The notes below the pieces were generated by a model, which did no database searches, was not told where the DNA came from, and was given only the letters and a program-made list of their open reading frames with translations. The position numbers and the translations under genes were made by a program. This document shows, in pieces, positions 26,940 to 40,742 of a stretch of DNA of 64,000 nt; position 1 is the first letter of the stretch; each line of letters starts with the position of its first letter. This DNA is from Octopus vulgaris (Eukaryota): contig OX597827.1 in the NCBI GenBank assembly GCA_951406725.2, positions 84,382,001-84,446,000 of the forward strand, given 5' to 3'.

Positions 26940-27440
26940 CGTAGGAACCTCAAATCGAGAATCCATGGAATGTTTTACAAATCTCCTTTGAAACACGGCT
27001 CAATTGCTTTTGGAGGATGTGAATTCGGTCTTCCTTGGCGAACCCCAGCATTTTTATGCAAAGCAGTTGTTACTTCACCTAAGTGCATCCAGAATAATAG
27101 GAACAAATGAAAATCTTCATCCGGGACATTAAGGGCTGTAAATAATGTTTGAAGCTGAGCAACTGATCTCAATAACGTTCAACGATTGTTTCTCCATGTC
27201 CCAAATCATGTCTGGTCGGTTCTGCTCTTTCTATTGGAATGTTCTACCAGTATTTTGTTTTTAAAGCGTGGATATTCTGGTTCTAGACTCCCTTCGGTAT
27301 GGCCAACCCTGCCTCTGTATAGAAGTGGAGATGGTTTTGCCTTACGGATATTTTTGAACAGTTTACTAATATGAGTGATATCTTCCTCACTGCTATTGCA
27401 CTATCAGTATTTTCTATGACAACATGGACATCTAACGGCA
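26940..27440 (-). mobile_element. Very old LINE RT fragment
   Basis: ORF 26975-27172 contains NAGVRQGRPNS, similar to the RT motif GVRQGxPLSP; little other support. Confidence 0.4.
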
Positions 27441-27518
27441 CCCTTGTCTCTTCTCAGTCAGGTATTTAATGGCTTCCTCTCGTCCTGATAGCTAAGGTGT
27501 ATCCTTCTTGATGGGATG

Positions 27519-27588
<70 letters not shown>

Positions 27589-27974
27589 CTTTACACACAC
27601 ACACACACACGCACACACACACACACAGACAGACATGCATAACGGTTCAAATTTGAATCCTGATATTAATCACTGGATGGTGTACTATTTTTATTGGACC
27701 TACCAATGCATTTATGCAATTTGACTGAGGCCATGCTGTATCACCAAATCGACCCAAGGACTTAGTCTTTGTAACCCTATTACTTATTTTATCAATCCCT
27801 TTTACCGAAACGTTAAGTTACGAGGACGTAAACACACAAATATCGATTGTCAAGCGATGTGGTGGGGTGGGGGAAGACACACACACACAGACAACATATA
27901 CACTCACACACATACATATATATATATACATACACACACACACACGCACACACACATACACACACGCATATATA

Positions 27975-28135
27975 CGCGATGGGTTTCTTTCAGTTTCCCT
28001 CTACCAAATCCACTCACAAGGCTTTGGTAGAGGCTATAATAGAAGATACTCGCCCAAGTTGCCATGCAGTGAGAATGAACCCGGACCCATGTGGTAGATA
28101 AGGAAGCTACTTACCACACAGCCACTCCTGCGCCT
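27975..28135 (-). mobile_element. SINE family A
   Basis: Reverse complement of ggcgcaggagtggctgtgtggtaagtagc...ggaaactgaaagaa. Confidence 0.85.
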
Positions 28136-28713
28136 ATATGTGTGTGTATACACCCATACACACACATATATATGTATATATATATAATTATATATATATA
28201 TATATGTATGTATGTATATACTCCCTTGAGTATATGCATCCATGCGTTAGCTATGAGAGAAGTGAACGCAATTAGTATAGCCTAGTGACACAAAAATATA
28301 TCGAGACATTGATACAACCTCAATCAATATTCAATGACCATATTGATTTTGGAAGTATCATTGCCTCCATTTATATTTTAGGCAACTGGAATGCATGTGT
28401 GGGGGGGGGTGTATGTAGGTATGTGTTTATATATGTATGTATGTGTATGTATGTATGTGTATATGTATGTGTGTATGTATGTGTGTATGTATGTATGTAT
28501 GTATGTATGTATGTATGTATGTATGTATGTATGTATTAGTGTGTATGTATTAGTGTGTATGTATGTGTGTGTGTGTGTGAAGAGAATATCAGAACGATTG
28601 AATAACTCCACAATCAGAAAATACTTCATCCTTCAACAGATCTCCCCCCCCCTCTGCTCATCGAATCGCACATCAGGGGATTGATTACATTCATGGGGAT
28701 TTTATTCTCCTGA

Positions 28714-28744
<31 letters not shown>

Positions 28745-29750
28745 GTACACGTACACACACACACGTACACGTACACACACACACACACACACACACGTAC
28801 ACGTACACCCACAACGTACGTCTTAGAGAAAGCCATCTTTCTAAGAGCGAGGACTTCACTCAGCCGCATTTGCGCTGTGTCCACTCTCTCTCTGACTTCT
28901 ATCGCTACTTCAACGGCCTCTGCTCTCCTTCATCAATCCCCTCTCTTCTCCTTTCCTTATGGTGGTTGTTTCTTGTCCTTAAAACATATTCTTTTCCTCC
29001 CTTGGTCCCTGCTCTGGTTCTAAGTGTTGTAGTGTGAGACAAGAGGCTTATCTATCTACCTCCGCCTTGTTTCCCTTTGATTGCCCCCTATTCAAAGCAG
29101 GTGACCGCTATGGCCCTTCTCCCTTTCTCTCTCCGCCCCCCCGCCCATAATATCAAATCTCTTTCAATCTACTGAGTTCGTTTCCCATCAACCACACAAC
29201 GATTATTCATTTCGAAATTACGTCATTACATCCTTTACTCTTGCTCCTCCTCCTCCTCCCTCAATAACTCACATCCTCCTTCCCCCACTTATCACTTTAA
29301 CTACTCCTCCCTTATTATTCACTTCTATATTCCGTAAAAGTTTCTCTTCCTCCAACGCAACCTCTCTTTCTCTCTCTCTCTCTCTCCCTCTCACTTTGTC
29401 AATTCCCTCCCTCTCTCTTTTGTCCTTTCTCTTTCACCCTCTCTCTTTCCTACACCCTTCCTCTATTCTCTCTCTCCTCTTCCCCTTCAATACTATCCAT
29501 CACTCCACCCACGCCCCGTACTCTGTAATGTGATTCCAGAAAGTTCTTGGCAGAGAAATTAACTGAAATCAGCCACAAAATTATTCCAGAGATTTTTCTC
29601 TCTTCCTACCTCACACTTCATCTTACACGCACGCACACACATGCACACTCGCATGTTTTCAGACACCCATATATCTATCTATCTATATATATGTATATAT
29701 ATAGCATATACAGGCATATATTTTTGAAAGCATACATATAAATGTATATC

Positions 29751-29782
<32 letters not shown>

Positions 29783-31156
29783 TTCATCGAGACACACACT
29801 CTACCCTTACATACCTTTACATATTCATTCTTTTTCTCTCCTTTTTTTTCTCTCTCCCACTCTTACCCCCCACTCCGTCTGTTTTCAGTTTCTCTATCCT
29901 CTCCCTACCTCTCCCTTTCTACCCCTTTTTTCTCCTCTTTACCCTCACCTCTTCTCCACCCACTCAACCCCCATCTCTCTACAGAACATGTACTGGTTCC
30001 GCCTCACAACATTCTGTTCAACTTACAATTATGACGCCTCATTGATCCGCGAAACTTGCACAATTTGCTGACTCATCTCTCCCTGTCATTGCAGCATTTC
30101 ATGCTATTTAATAGAGATTTTGACATGAATTTTCGGTTTGTTTTCTTCACCACAATCATAATTATTACTGCTAAATAGCCGACACGATGCTGTAAATGGT
30201 GGTAGCGATATCCGGTCTTATTCTGGTTACCTTTTACAAATCAGCTGCCCTTCCTGACACTAGTTCGGTTTTATCAAAGATAAGAGGCAGCGAGTTTGAT
30301 ATTTTTACTGCTTTTTAAATTAGCTCCTCCTTACTCTATCCTATTTTGTAATCATTTTTTCACGTGACTGTCATGTGAAGATTAGTTCTCTGCGTGATCA
30401 GCCCTTTCTCAATGCTGACTGAAATCGATGTTCTTGTAGTAGCAGAGGAAAATCGGCATCAGATTTGGTCTTGAAGGCAAAGAGATTCTATGTTTTTCGT
30501 TTTTTTGTTGTTGTTACAATTGCCTTAAATGAATTTGGAGTGGCGCTAGCAGGAATTTGGCGGTAAAATTTAGCCTGGGTAGTTTGGACAGTTTGTGGAA
30601 TGAGAAAAATGCCAACAGTTGGAAAGTATTTAGGGCAAAGATAAATTGTGCTTGTCAAGCTGTTCCCATCAACTGATCTTAAATCACTGCCAATGTAACT
30701 GAGATATTTGCACCAATATCCTATTACAACAGTTAGATCCGGTGTTTCGAGATTTGGACATTTTTGAAGAATTTCGTTCCTCCTGCCTCATTTATCGTGT
30801 CTTTATTCACTCCGGGTGAGAAGAAACCAGAATATTTCCGTTTTGTTTTTCATGTTTGTTGTGGTCTTGGTGCTGGAGTTATGTCTATTAATCATTTCGC
30901 TTCTCATCTTCATAAACTGACACAAACTTTCTCAAGAACACATTACTTTCCCCTCGTCTCTTCGATGCTTTTTATCAGGAGTCGACACCCTGGAGAACTT
31001 TTGGAATCCAACTGTAACTGTTCTCTCTTTAGACAAAATTATTCCCAACAACATGGTTCCGGGTTCAGTTCCATTGCGTGGCACCTTGAGCAAGTGTTTT
31101 CGACTTCAGCCTTGTGAGTGGATTTGGTTGACGGAAACTGAAAGAGACCCGTCGTA

Positions 31157-31265
31157 TTTGACTGCAGCCATGCTGGAGCACCGCCTTTAGTCGAACAAAT
31201 CAACCCATGGACTTATTCTATCGCTATCTTTTGCTGAACCGCTAAGTTAGAAGAGTAAACACAAC
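31157..31265 (+). repeat. Dispersed repeat family D
   Basis: ttgactgcagccatgctggagcaccgcctttagtcga...; related copies near 27720, 45110, 45360 and 51340 (minus). Confidence 0.7.
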
Positions 31266-31294
31266 ATAGATACATACACACATATATGTGTATA

Positions 31295-31458
31295 TACGAC
31301 GGACTTCTTTCAGTTTCCGTCTACCAAATCCCTTCACAAGGCTTTGGTCGGCCTGAAGCTTTAGTAAAAGACACTTGCCCAAAGAGCCACACAGTGGGAC
31401 TGAACCCGGAACCATGTAGTAGGTAAGCAAGCTACTTACCATACAGCCACTCCTGCGC

Positions 31459-31459
<1 letters not shown>
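31295..31459 (-). mobile_element. SINE family A, full head and body
   Basis: tRNA-like head ggcgcaggagtggctgtatggtaag...ccgggttcagtccc. Confidence 0.88.
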
Positions 31460-31531
<72 letters not shown>

Positions 31532-32633
31532 TTGTTCCCCCCGCCCCGCCATCGTTTGAAAACCAATGGTGTTTTCGTCCTTGTAGTTTAGCGGTTCGGC
31601 AAAAGTAACGGATAAGATAAGTAAAAGGAAAAATGAAAATGCTCATCTTGTTTCTTGTGTATACTTTGTTCCTAAATTAAGTTGCACGCATATTTCATGC
31701 CACAGTTGCCAGATAAACGTTTTCATGCATTTCGACCAATAATCACGCAAAATAAATGAGTGAAACGAGAAAGAAAAAAAGAAACCCAGATGTTGTAATG
31801 CAGAAGTAGAAAGGCCAGTGACACCAACCACGGGGACCCAGTTACTGGAATGTTGTGATGATCAATTAGATAAAGAGTTACATTGACGGAACAACCCTAA
31901 CGAAAGGTTCTTGTGTCAGTAACAGTTCTGGTAGACAAAAAAACTCAGTGGCTGCTATTGGTTACCCTTCACACTAAAGGCCAAGATGAGATCAATCTTT
32001 CGTTTGTGGCACATACAAGAAAGGCGGTCAAAGGAGTTTTGTAAATTATACTCTGTTGCAGAAACCGTCAAGAAGGCTCCAAATCCTCTGGTGTAATTAT
32101 CCGAAGGTACTTAATGATGTGGCCTCCAAGAACTTTCATGCCAACTGAATCTAAAAATACGGCCTTAGAACAAATGCTCATATTTACTGGGACCAAAAGA
32201 GCAACACAAGACTCGGTTGTTCAGCTCTTAGATTTACGAAAGGCTTTTAAATGCCACAACTCTAACCTGGCTCAAAACATGTTGCTGTAATGTGCATCTA
32301 CCCGTCCAGCTACCCGTCCATCGCCCAAAACACACACACACACACACTGTTGACTGACTTCGAAGTTCCACTAGTTCTGTGGTTTATTCGTTGTTTTTAA
32401 ACGCATATGGAGTATATGGGTATGTGTATAAGAGCATATGTATTCGTGTATGTATGTATATCGATTAGAAGCTAGTTGAATATATCTCAACACAATCTAT
32501 CGCTAAATATAATATAGTAATTCACACATTTCAAATATTTCAAATAAAACAGCGACACTATTCAGGAAATATCAGCCAAGAGATAAATTATATTTTCCTT
32601 CATACAACAGACATAATAATAATAATGATGATG

Positions 32634-32675
<42 letters not shown>

Positions 32676-33386
32676 TGTTATTTAAAGTAGCTGTGTAGGA
32701 AATTGTTATCAATATCTCAAATGATAAACACCTGTTTTAAACGGATACAAGACTATATCTTTCAACGATATTACAATCTGATAGCAAGATCTGACACAAG
32801 CTCAGTATTTCTCCAGGTGATACTTCTATCGAAAAAGGATTTTACTGCCCATCCCGACAGGCGCGCATCTATATAGAGCTATATAAGTGACTCAAGATCC
32901 AGAAGTTTCGTACGTGGCACTTAGGAAACGTTTGTGTATGATCAGTGCACGAAACTGCCGGTCCTTTCATCACTTCTATAACTTTTCGGCTCAAGGAATT
33001 AAAAACAATATTTATGTTCTGGTTTTGCTTATTGACTTTATTTCTTCGGTTCGTTTCATCAAAATCTCTGCCACCCAACTCCCTCTGCATGTGTGTATGA
33101 GTGTGAAGGCTTGTGACCATGCGCTTACAATTTTCAGTCCATTGTCATAAAATCGTGTGTTCGGTCCCTGACCCAGATGGTGAGGTGTGTCTTTTATCAA
33201 GGCATTTTATTCCACGCTGCCACCGTCTAATCAGTCGTAATTAGCAGCCTCCTTGTGCTCGTGCCGCTCTGACACAAACACTCTCCCGCTCTCTCAAAAG
33301 GAAATTAGTGAAAGCAAGGTGCAGCGAATCGTAGCATACCCGTTCGCGAGTAGCATCTCTACTTTATAACCACGCACACACGCGTC

Positions 33387-33431
<45 letters not shown>

Positions 33432-33433
<2 letters not shown>

Positions 33434-34095
33434 GCGCAGGTGTGGCTGTGTGGTAAGAAGCTTGCTTCCCGGAGGGAAGAGCCCATGCCCTGGACAGAGG
33501 ACGAGGAGTGGCCTTCGCAGGTGACTACGAAGATCATTTTGGATGTCGCTATGGTCAGGGTAATAAACACCTTCTCAAAGGACATATTTAGATACGCCTT
33601 CTGGGGCCCCGACCTAGAGCTGGCGCACTGCCTAAGGGAAGTGTAAGCCAGGTCTGGGAGGAGGGGCTTTGCGTATTGTATTTATATATATTATATGTAA
33701 TTATTGAACTATGTTGTTGTTTGTAATGGAGTGTTAAGTCAAAAAATTGAAAAGTTGTAAAAGTTGTATGAGGTTTAATACCTTGTTTTGTGTTTGGTTT
33801 TAAAGAACAATGTTTTAGAGAAGCAGAAGTCGGCGGGCGCTTTTTGTCTTCTCCCATCCTCATCATCTTCCTTTCATTATCATTCAATTCATTAATGTCC
33901 TTGTCCAGCCCGCAAAGCTACTTTACTCTAGGTACTGCCTTTACGGCAAATGTAATGAAATAAAGAAGCTTGCTTCCCAACCACATGGTTCAGTCCCACT
34001 GCTTGACACCTTGAGCAAGTGTCTTCTACTATAGCTTCGGGCCGACCAAAGCATTGTGAGTGGATTTGGTGGACGGAAACTGAAATAAACCCATC

Positions 34096-34097
<2 letters not shown>
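33432..34097 (+). mobile_element. SINE family A interrupted by a 492-bp insertion
   Basis: Head at 33432-33470 resumes at 33963; 16-bp duplication AAGAAGCTTGCTTCCC. Confidence 0.9.
33471..33962 (+). mobile_element. 5'-truncated retroposed insert (probable LINE 3' end)
   Basis: 16-bp TSD at 33455-33470 and 33963-33978; open frame ending LELAHCLREV*; UTR-like region ending AATAAA. Confidence 0.75.
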
Positions 34098-34624
<527 letters not shown>

Positions 34625-34674
34625 TTAGTGAATTGAAGAAATGGAGTTGAACGAAGATTGAACAGAAATCGTTT

Positions 34675-34767
34675 TATTGCATTCTACACGTGTTTCGAAA
34701 GGCACAATTTACCAAATTCCGATTGAATAAGGAGACCGTATTGTGTCTTTCTCTTCAGGAAGAAATA
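34675..34767 (-). ncRNA. Hammerhead ribozyme (mirror copy in the left palindrome arm)
   Basis: Reverse complement of 34948-35040. Confidence 0.72.
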
Positions 34768-34947
34768 GGAAATCCGTTGGAAAAAACAAAAACAGAACAG
34801 AGGCGGAGCAAAACAAATCGAACGAGGCTCCTAAGAGCCCATGGCCAAACTCTTGGCAGTGGGAGTTTGGCCATGGGCTCTTAGGAGCCTCGTTCGATTT
34901 GTTTTGCTCCGCCTCTGTTCTGTTTTTGTTTTTTCCAACGGATTTCC

Positions 34948-35040
34948 TATTTCTTCCTGAAGAGAAAGACACAATATGGTCTCCTTATTCAATCGGAATT
35001 TGGTAAATTGTGCCTTTCGAAACACGTGTAGAATGCAATA
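34948..35040 (+). ncRNA. Type I hammerhead ribozyme (minimal, Penelope-type)
   Basis: TTC-CTGAAGA (34957-34963); stem II gaaagacacaat/attgtgcctttc (11 of 12 pairs); GAAAC-ACGT-GTA-GAA; predicted cleavage after 35030. Confidence 0.75.
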
Positions 35041-35243
35041 AAACGATTTCTGTTCAATCTTCGTTCAACTCCATTTCTTCAATTCACTAATAATATTAAA
35101 ATTCAATTATCCGCACCAACGCACGGTTGCAACACCATATGGTTGTACCTCCAACCGTGCTGTCTTCTGCTGTGATTTTTGCTACCAAGGTATCGGTTAA
35201 ACTTTTGATTAATCTGCAACAAGATTATTCATCTTTCTATTTC

Positions 35244-35305
<62 letters not shown>

Positions 35306-36107
35306 CATGTATAACGTCCAGTGATATTTATGTCGACGAAAGGTATTAAACATCACTGAAAACAAAAACCAGCAGAACCCTTGATTAATGTTCTGTTGAA
35401 CCCTTGCGATGACTGTTCCTCTCGAATTCCACACTCAAACCCCTACTCTGTGATATAAAAAATAAGATACCGTATGGCAGATTATTTAGGAACTATTGTT
35501 GTTTATCTCCAGCCGAAACCTGATCTTGAGCACATAGGACCAAGTCAGTTCCAGGCGTGACCATCCCTTCTTTTTCTCTAATCTGAGAACTTGTGGCGGA
35601 AAGATCAACTGTGGAGGTTTACCACTCGCACATTAATACATACACATAACCAAGCACATTAGCACAATCACACATTAATACACATACACACACATTAATA
35701 ACAGATATTCACACTCACGTAACACACATTAGCACACGTACACTCATTAACACTCACATATTCACACACACACATACACACGCACACGCACACACGCACG
35801 CACAGGTATATAAACCAAGGTAAATACGAAGAGAAAGACCCAGTTTGGCAAGAGGTCGCCATATTTCAATAAAGAATTGATGGCTGGATAAACATGGCGG
35901 AATAAATCTCTTTCCCTCTCTCTAACGCACAAATACAGACACACACATACACACACTGACAGCAACATGCACACACACACACACGCGGGCGCGCACAAAG
36001 GATAGAGAGAGAAAAAGAGGAAATAAAGAAGGTGTGGAAATAAAAATATATTTCAATAAAAGATGTTGAGAGATGGATAAAGATATAGTTTAATGAAAAT
36101 ACATTGA

Positions 36108-36170
<63 letters not shown>

Positions 36171-36531
36171 CACACACACACATACATAAACATATGCTTG
36201 TATATGTGTGACTGTGTGTAACTGCATTCGTGTGTGAGTGCGCGTCTATGTATATATGTCTATGTATATATATATATATATATATAACGCTGTAAATATT
36301 AATACACATACAAGCATGTATAGGGTGTGCATGTCTGCAGTATGTCTCCAGTTAAGTGTGTCTATGTGAGCGTATGTGCGTGCGTGTAGGCGTGTATGCA
36401 TCGGTATGATTATGAATGTGTTAATGAAATTCTGGGTCTTTAAGGTTAAATGTTTTTTATACAATCGGTTAGGTTCTTTTTATAAATAGCTGAGAATCTA
36501 TTTGTAGTCACACACACGTATACACTCCCGC

Positions 36532-36571
<40 letters not shown>

Positions 36572-37049
36572 TATATGTATATAGTATCCAAGAAACTAGA
36601 GAAAAAGTAGGAGGGTAGTAGTGGTTGTGTAAGGAATTGCTTCCTGACAAATATTTCTGTTTAGTTCTCTTTCCTACTTGGCTATTTTTTCCCATCAGAT
36701 TATCGATTTCTTCTGAATCTCTCTCTCCCCCTCTCTCTTTGTAATATATTTACATATATTGTTTGTGTGAATGTGTATCCACACACACTCACACACACAT
36801 ACACATATTATATCTATGTGCATACATTCATAGGTGTATGTGTGTGTGTTGGGGGTTGGTTAGAACGTTTCGCTTTAGAAATAAAGAAATAAAGAAAGGC
36901 TGAAGCTATAAAAGCGAAGATCCTTCAGTCTTCATTAACTGCGAATTGTATCGACGTTTAGTCAGGTAACCACACGAGTCCCTCACCAACATTTTAGGTC
37001 TGGTGGGGAATTCTTTGGTTATAATCCTTACAGTAATAATAATAATAAC

Positions 37050-37698
37050 AATCCTTTCTGCTGTAGGCGCAAAGCCTGAAAGTTTGGGGGAGGGGAGTAG
37101 TCAATTACATCGAGTCCAGTGCGTAACTGGTACTTAATTTATCGACCACGAAAAGAAGAAAGGCAAAGTCAACCTCGGCGGAATTTGAACTCAGAACGTA
37201 GCGGCAGAGGAAATACCACTAAGCATTTCGTCCAGCGTGTGCTAACGATTCTGTCAGCTCGCCGCCTTGATGGTGAGGAAGATAATAATAATGATCCTTT
37301 CTACGATAGGCACAAGGCCTAGATTTTGTGGGGAGGGGGACAGTCGATCACATCGAGCCCAGTATTCAACTGGTACTTCATTTATCGACCCCAAAAGGAA
37401 GGAAAGCAAAGTCAACCTCGGCGGAATTTGAACTCAGAACGTAGCGATAGACGAAATACCCATTTCTATTTCTTTACTACCCACAAGGGGCTAAACACAG
37501 AGAGGACAAACAAGGACAGACAAACGGATTAAGTCGATTATATCGACTCCAGTGCGTAACTGGTACTTATTTAATCGACCTCGAAAGGATGAAAGGCAAA
37601 GTCGAACTCGGCGGAATTTGAACTCAGAACGTAGCGGCAGACGAAATACAGCTAAGCATTTCGTCCGGTGTGCTAACGATTCTGTCAGCTCGCCGCCC

Positions 37699-37747
<49 letters not shown>

Positions 37748-37965
37748 CCTTTCTACTATAGGCAGAAGGACAGCAAGTTTGGGGGAGGGGCTATGTCGAT
37801 TACATTGACCCCCAGTGTTCAACTGATACTTAAATTATCAACCACGAGAAAATGAACGGTTAAGTCGGTCCCGGTGGAATTTGAACTCAGAACGTATAGA
37901 CGGACGAAATAGCGCTAAGCATTCGGCTCGGTGCGCTGATGCTTCTGTCAGCTCGCAGCTTTAGC
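37050..37965 (-). mobile_element. Tandem array of about 4 family B SINE units separated by (AAT)n
   Basis: Repeated aaggcaaagtcaacctcggcggaatttgaactcagaacg...ctgtcagctcgccgcc. Confidence 0.9.
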
Positions 37966-38049
37966 AATAAAGAAGAAAAGAAAAGGTAAGCTCGATGGAA
38001 GTTGAACCTCAGACCTTAAAGAAGGAAGACTTTAGCGATGCTTTTTGTA

Positions 38050-39075
38050 ACCTTTACCTTTAATATCATAAAATGGTCGGTCAGTGAGATCAATAAAATT
38101 GATGCAAAAAATACGTTTATCTCCTCACAATGCACCGGATGCATCACCTAAAGGTGATGGAAGACGTGGACTGATGCAGCTGCAACTGCCTCTGAAGATA
38201 GTCATCATAAGGACAGACACCTAACTAAAGAATACCAACGGCTGGATGCTTAAACTTGTCGGGAAATGTGAAAGTTCACCCCCGCCCAAAGTAGTTACCA
38301 CCAGAAAAAGCAGAAAGTTCGGGAATGAAAGTTCAGCGAGACTGAGACGCAACGAGATGGAAGAGAAGAAGACAAGGTGAAAGCTGAACAGATAAGAACA
38401 GAAAGCAAAGCAAATGGCGTCTCAGTGCGACCAAATACACGGAAAAGCAAGGCATTGTATGGCAATTACGCTATAAAATGATCCATCAATGGTTGGTTGC
38501 ATCTGGATTGAAATCGGAAAAAATAGAGTGTTTCATTACAACTCAGGATCAGTGTCCGCCCACCAGAAACTACCAAGCAATTATATGTATTAATCGCCAT
38601 GATAGACTTGGCCAGTATTTGCACTGGATCATATGCCGTCATTTTGGACTTGCAAATGAGAACGGGCGAACCAAAATAAAGATGTCACCGTTGTTAGGAA
38701 CATTAATATCCAAACTTATCGTGTTGTAACGGCCAACAGAGCAGAAATTGTGTTGAAACATCACGTTGACAAAACATGTCAGTTCATGATTGCAACACTT
38801 ATAAAAACATTTGAGAAGTGAAATTAGTATAATGATCTTGAAATAGAGGTCTCAAAAAAAGAACAAGAACTCTACCTGTAATCTTTGGAACTTTGAGGAC
38901 AATATCCAAAGGCACTCTTAAAAGATTAAGGTCGATTATCAAAATATACGAAGGTATCAGAACTCAAAAAAATATTGTTCATATTGTTACTGTTCACATT
39001 CTAAGAAAGACATGGTCAATTGAAAATCCCCGATTCTCTTTGAACTCTTTCAAAACTGAAAAATTACAAATTTAA
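38050..39075 (+). mobile_element. Degenerate R4/Dong-like LINE 3' part
   Basis: NIIKWSVSEINKID, HQWLVASGLKSE, QDQCPPTRNYQ, RHDRLGQYLHWIICRHFG and ANRAEIVL (RPDI-like). Confidence 0.8.
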
Positions 39076-39214
39076 GAGAATATTAGTTCTCAGATTCTGG
39101 TCCCCTTCCCGTACAAACAGATCACGGATAATCCTAAGTAAAACATCCATCTTGTTACTTTAAACCTGGAAGAAGCTGTATGAAAGAATAACCTAAACAA
39201 CAATGGCGATAATA

Positions 39215-39620
39215 AATTTCAAATTTTGGCTCAAGGCCAGCAAATTCGGTGGAGGGGGTAAGTCGATTACATCGCCCCCTGTACTCAACTGGTACTTATT
39301 TTATCGAGCTCGTTGAGATGAAAGGCAAAGTCAACCTCGGCGGAATTTGAACTCAGAACGAACAAAATGCCGCAAAGCGTTACTTCCGCCATGCCGACGA
39401 TTCTCTCAGCACGCTGCCTTAACAATAATAATAATGGCATCAAATGTTGGCACAAGGCCAGCGATTTCGGGGCAGGGGGTCAGTCAGTTACATTGACCCC
39501 ACTGCCCAGTTGTACTTATTTCATCGCCCCGAAAGGATGAAAAGCAAAGTTGACCTCGGCCGAATTTGAACTCAGAACGTAATGACAGACGAAATACCGC
39601 TAAGCATTTTGCCCGGCTCG
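39215..39620 (-). mobile_element. Two family B SINEs
   Basis: Same body as the other family B copies; further copies at about 40870-41010, 41590-41790, 54880-55030 and 59500-59660. Confidence 0.85.
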
Positions 39621-39636
39621 AAGAAGAAGGAAAGCC

Positions 39637-39688
<52 letters not shown>

Positions 39689-40271
39689 GTATGTATGTAT
39701 GTATGTATATATACACCCGCGCGTGCACGATGTAGAATACGAATAAATGAGTCTAGAAATGTGTGGATGATGAGGCAGCTGCTGCTACCATTGGCCTGTC
39801 GACATCCTGTTGCTATTGAACTGTTGAAAAGAAACGGGAAACCGGAGAAAACTGTTGAATAATAGCGTCAGGAATCAGTGTGAAACGTGTGTGTTGCTGT
39901 CCTGCGCAGTGTGGCCGGGACATTGACAAAGATGACAGCATTGCTACATCATAGCTATGTTGACACTTGTAATGTGGCAGAAATATTTCAGAGTGGTGGT
40001 TGGGGAGGCGGGGCGGGGGGTCTGTTCGATGTTTTCGTTGTAAAGCGCTGTGTGTGGTTTATGGCCTGGCCTTTTGTCTGTGTGATGCGGTGTGTGTGTG
40101 TGTGCTGAGTTGGACAGGATTTGTTTTGTATGGTTTATGGTGTACGGTTGTTAACAATGTTTCCGGGGAGTGCGTTGTGTAGGGGGTGCGGTGTGATATT
40201 GAGCGTGTAAAAAAATATAGCGGTTTGTATGTATCTCCCCCCCCCTCTATCTCTATCTCTCTCTATATATA

Positions 40272-40321
<50 letters not shown>

Positions 40322-40328
<7 letters not shown>

Positions 40329-40742
40329 GCAAGTTTTGTCTAGCGAATGTTTCAAAAAAAGATGGGTGAATGTAGCAAGGATGGCACGTATGAATGACGA
40401 AGCCACCTTGAGCATAATCCTATGAACCCGGAAAAATTTTAAAAAGAGAGTTACTTACTTGCAAATAAATGCGTTAACATGTGACATTATTGACCGAGGT
40501 TACCGTGGTATTTTCCGTAAGCTTTTCTTTCCACGGATAAACCTTATCTACTTCCCCCTTTACACTTTACATCATGACATTTCTGTGATACACGATCCCT
40601 ATTGATCGTTTTTTTTCTCTTTCCTTTACGATCCCTTTTGATCGAAAACCTACCCCCACTTTTTCTTTCTCCCCCAAAAGAAAAGCTCTACTTTGTAATT
40701 TGTCCCGTCTGTGTTCAGCCCTGTGTGGCTAATAAAGAAACA
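40322..40742 (+). mobile_element. 3' end of a LINE (possibly L1/Tx1-like) starting within a (GA)n tract
   Basis: Frame ERQVLSSECFKKRWVNVARMARMNDEATLSIIL* followed by a UTR ending aataaagaaa; tail resembles the SINE family B linker. Confidence 0.55.

Noticed and set aside
30080-32280. Possible host exons in higher-complexity sequence
   Set aside because: No sustained ORF; scattered words such as LDLRKAF and KYLSYIGS suggest very old LINE debris that is too decayed to call
34690-35025. Paired 64-aa and 87-aa ORFs on both strands
   Set aside because: A by-product of the palindrome; no recognisable protein features
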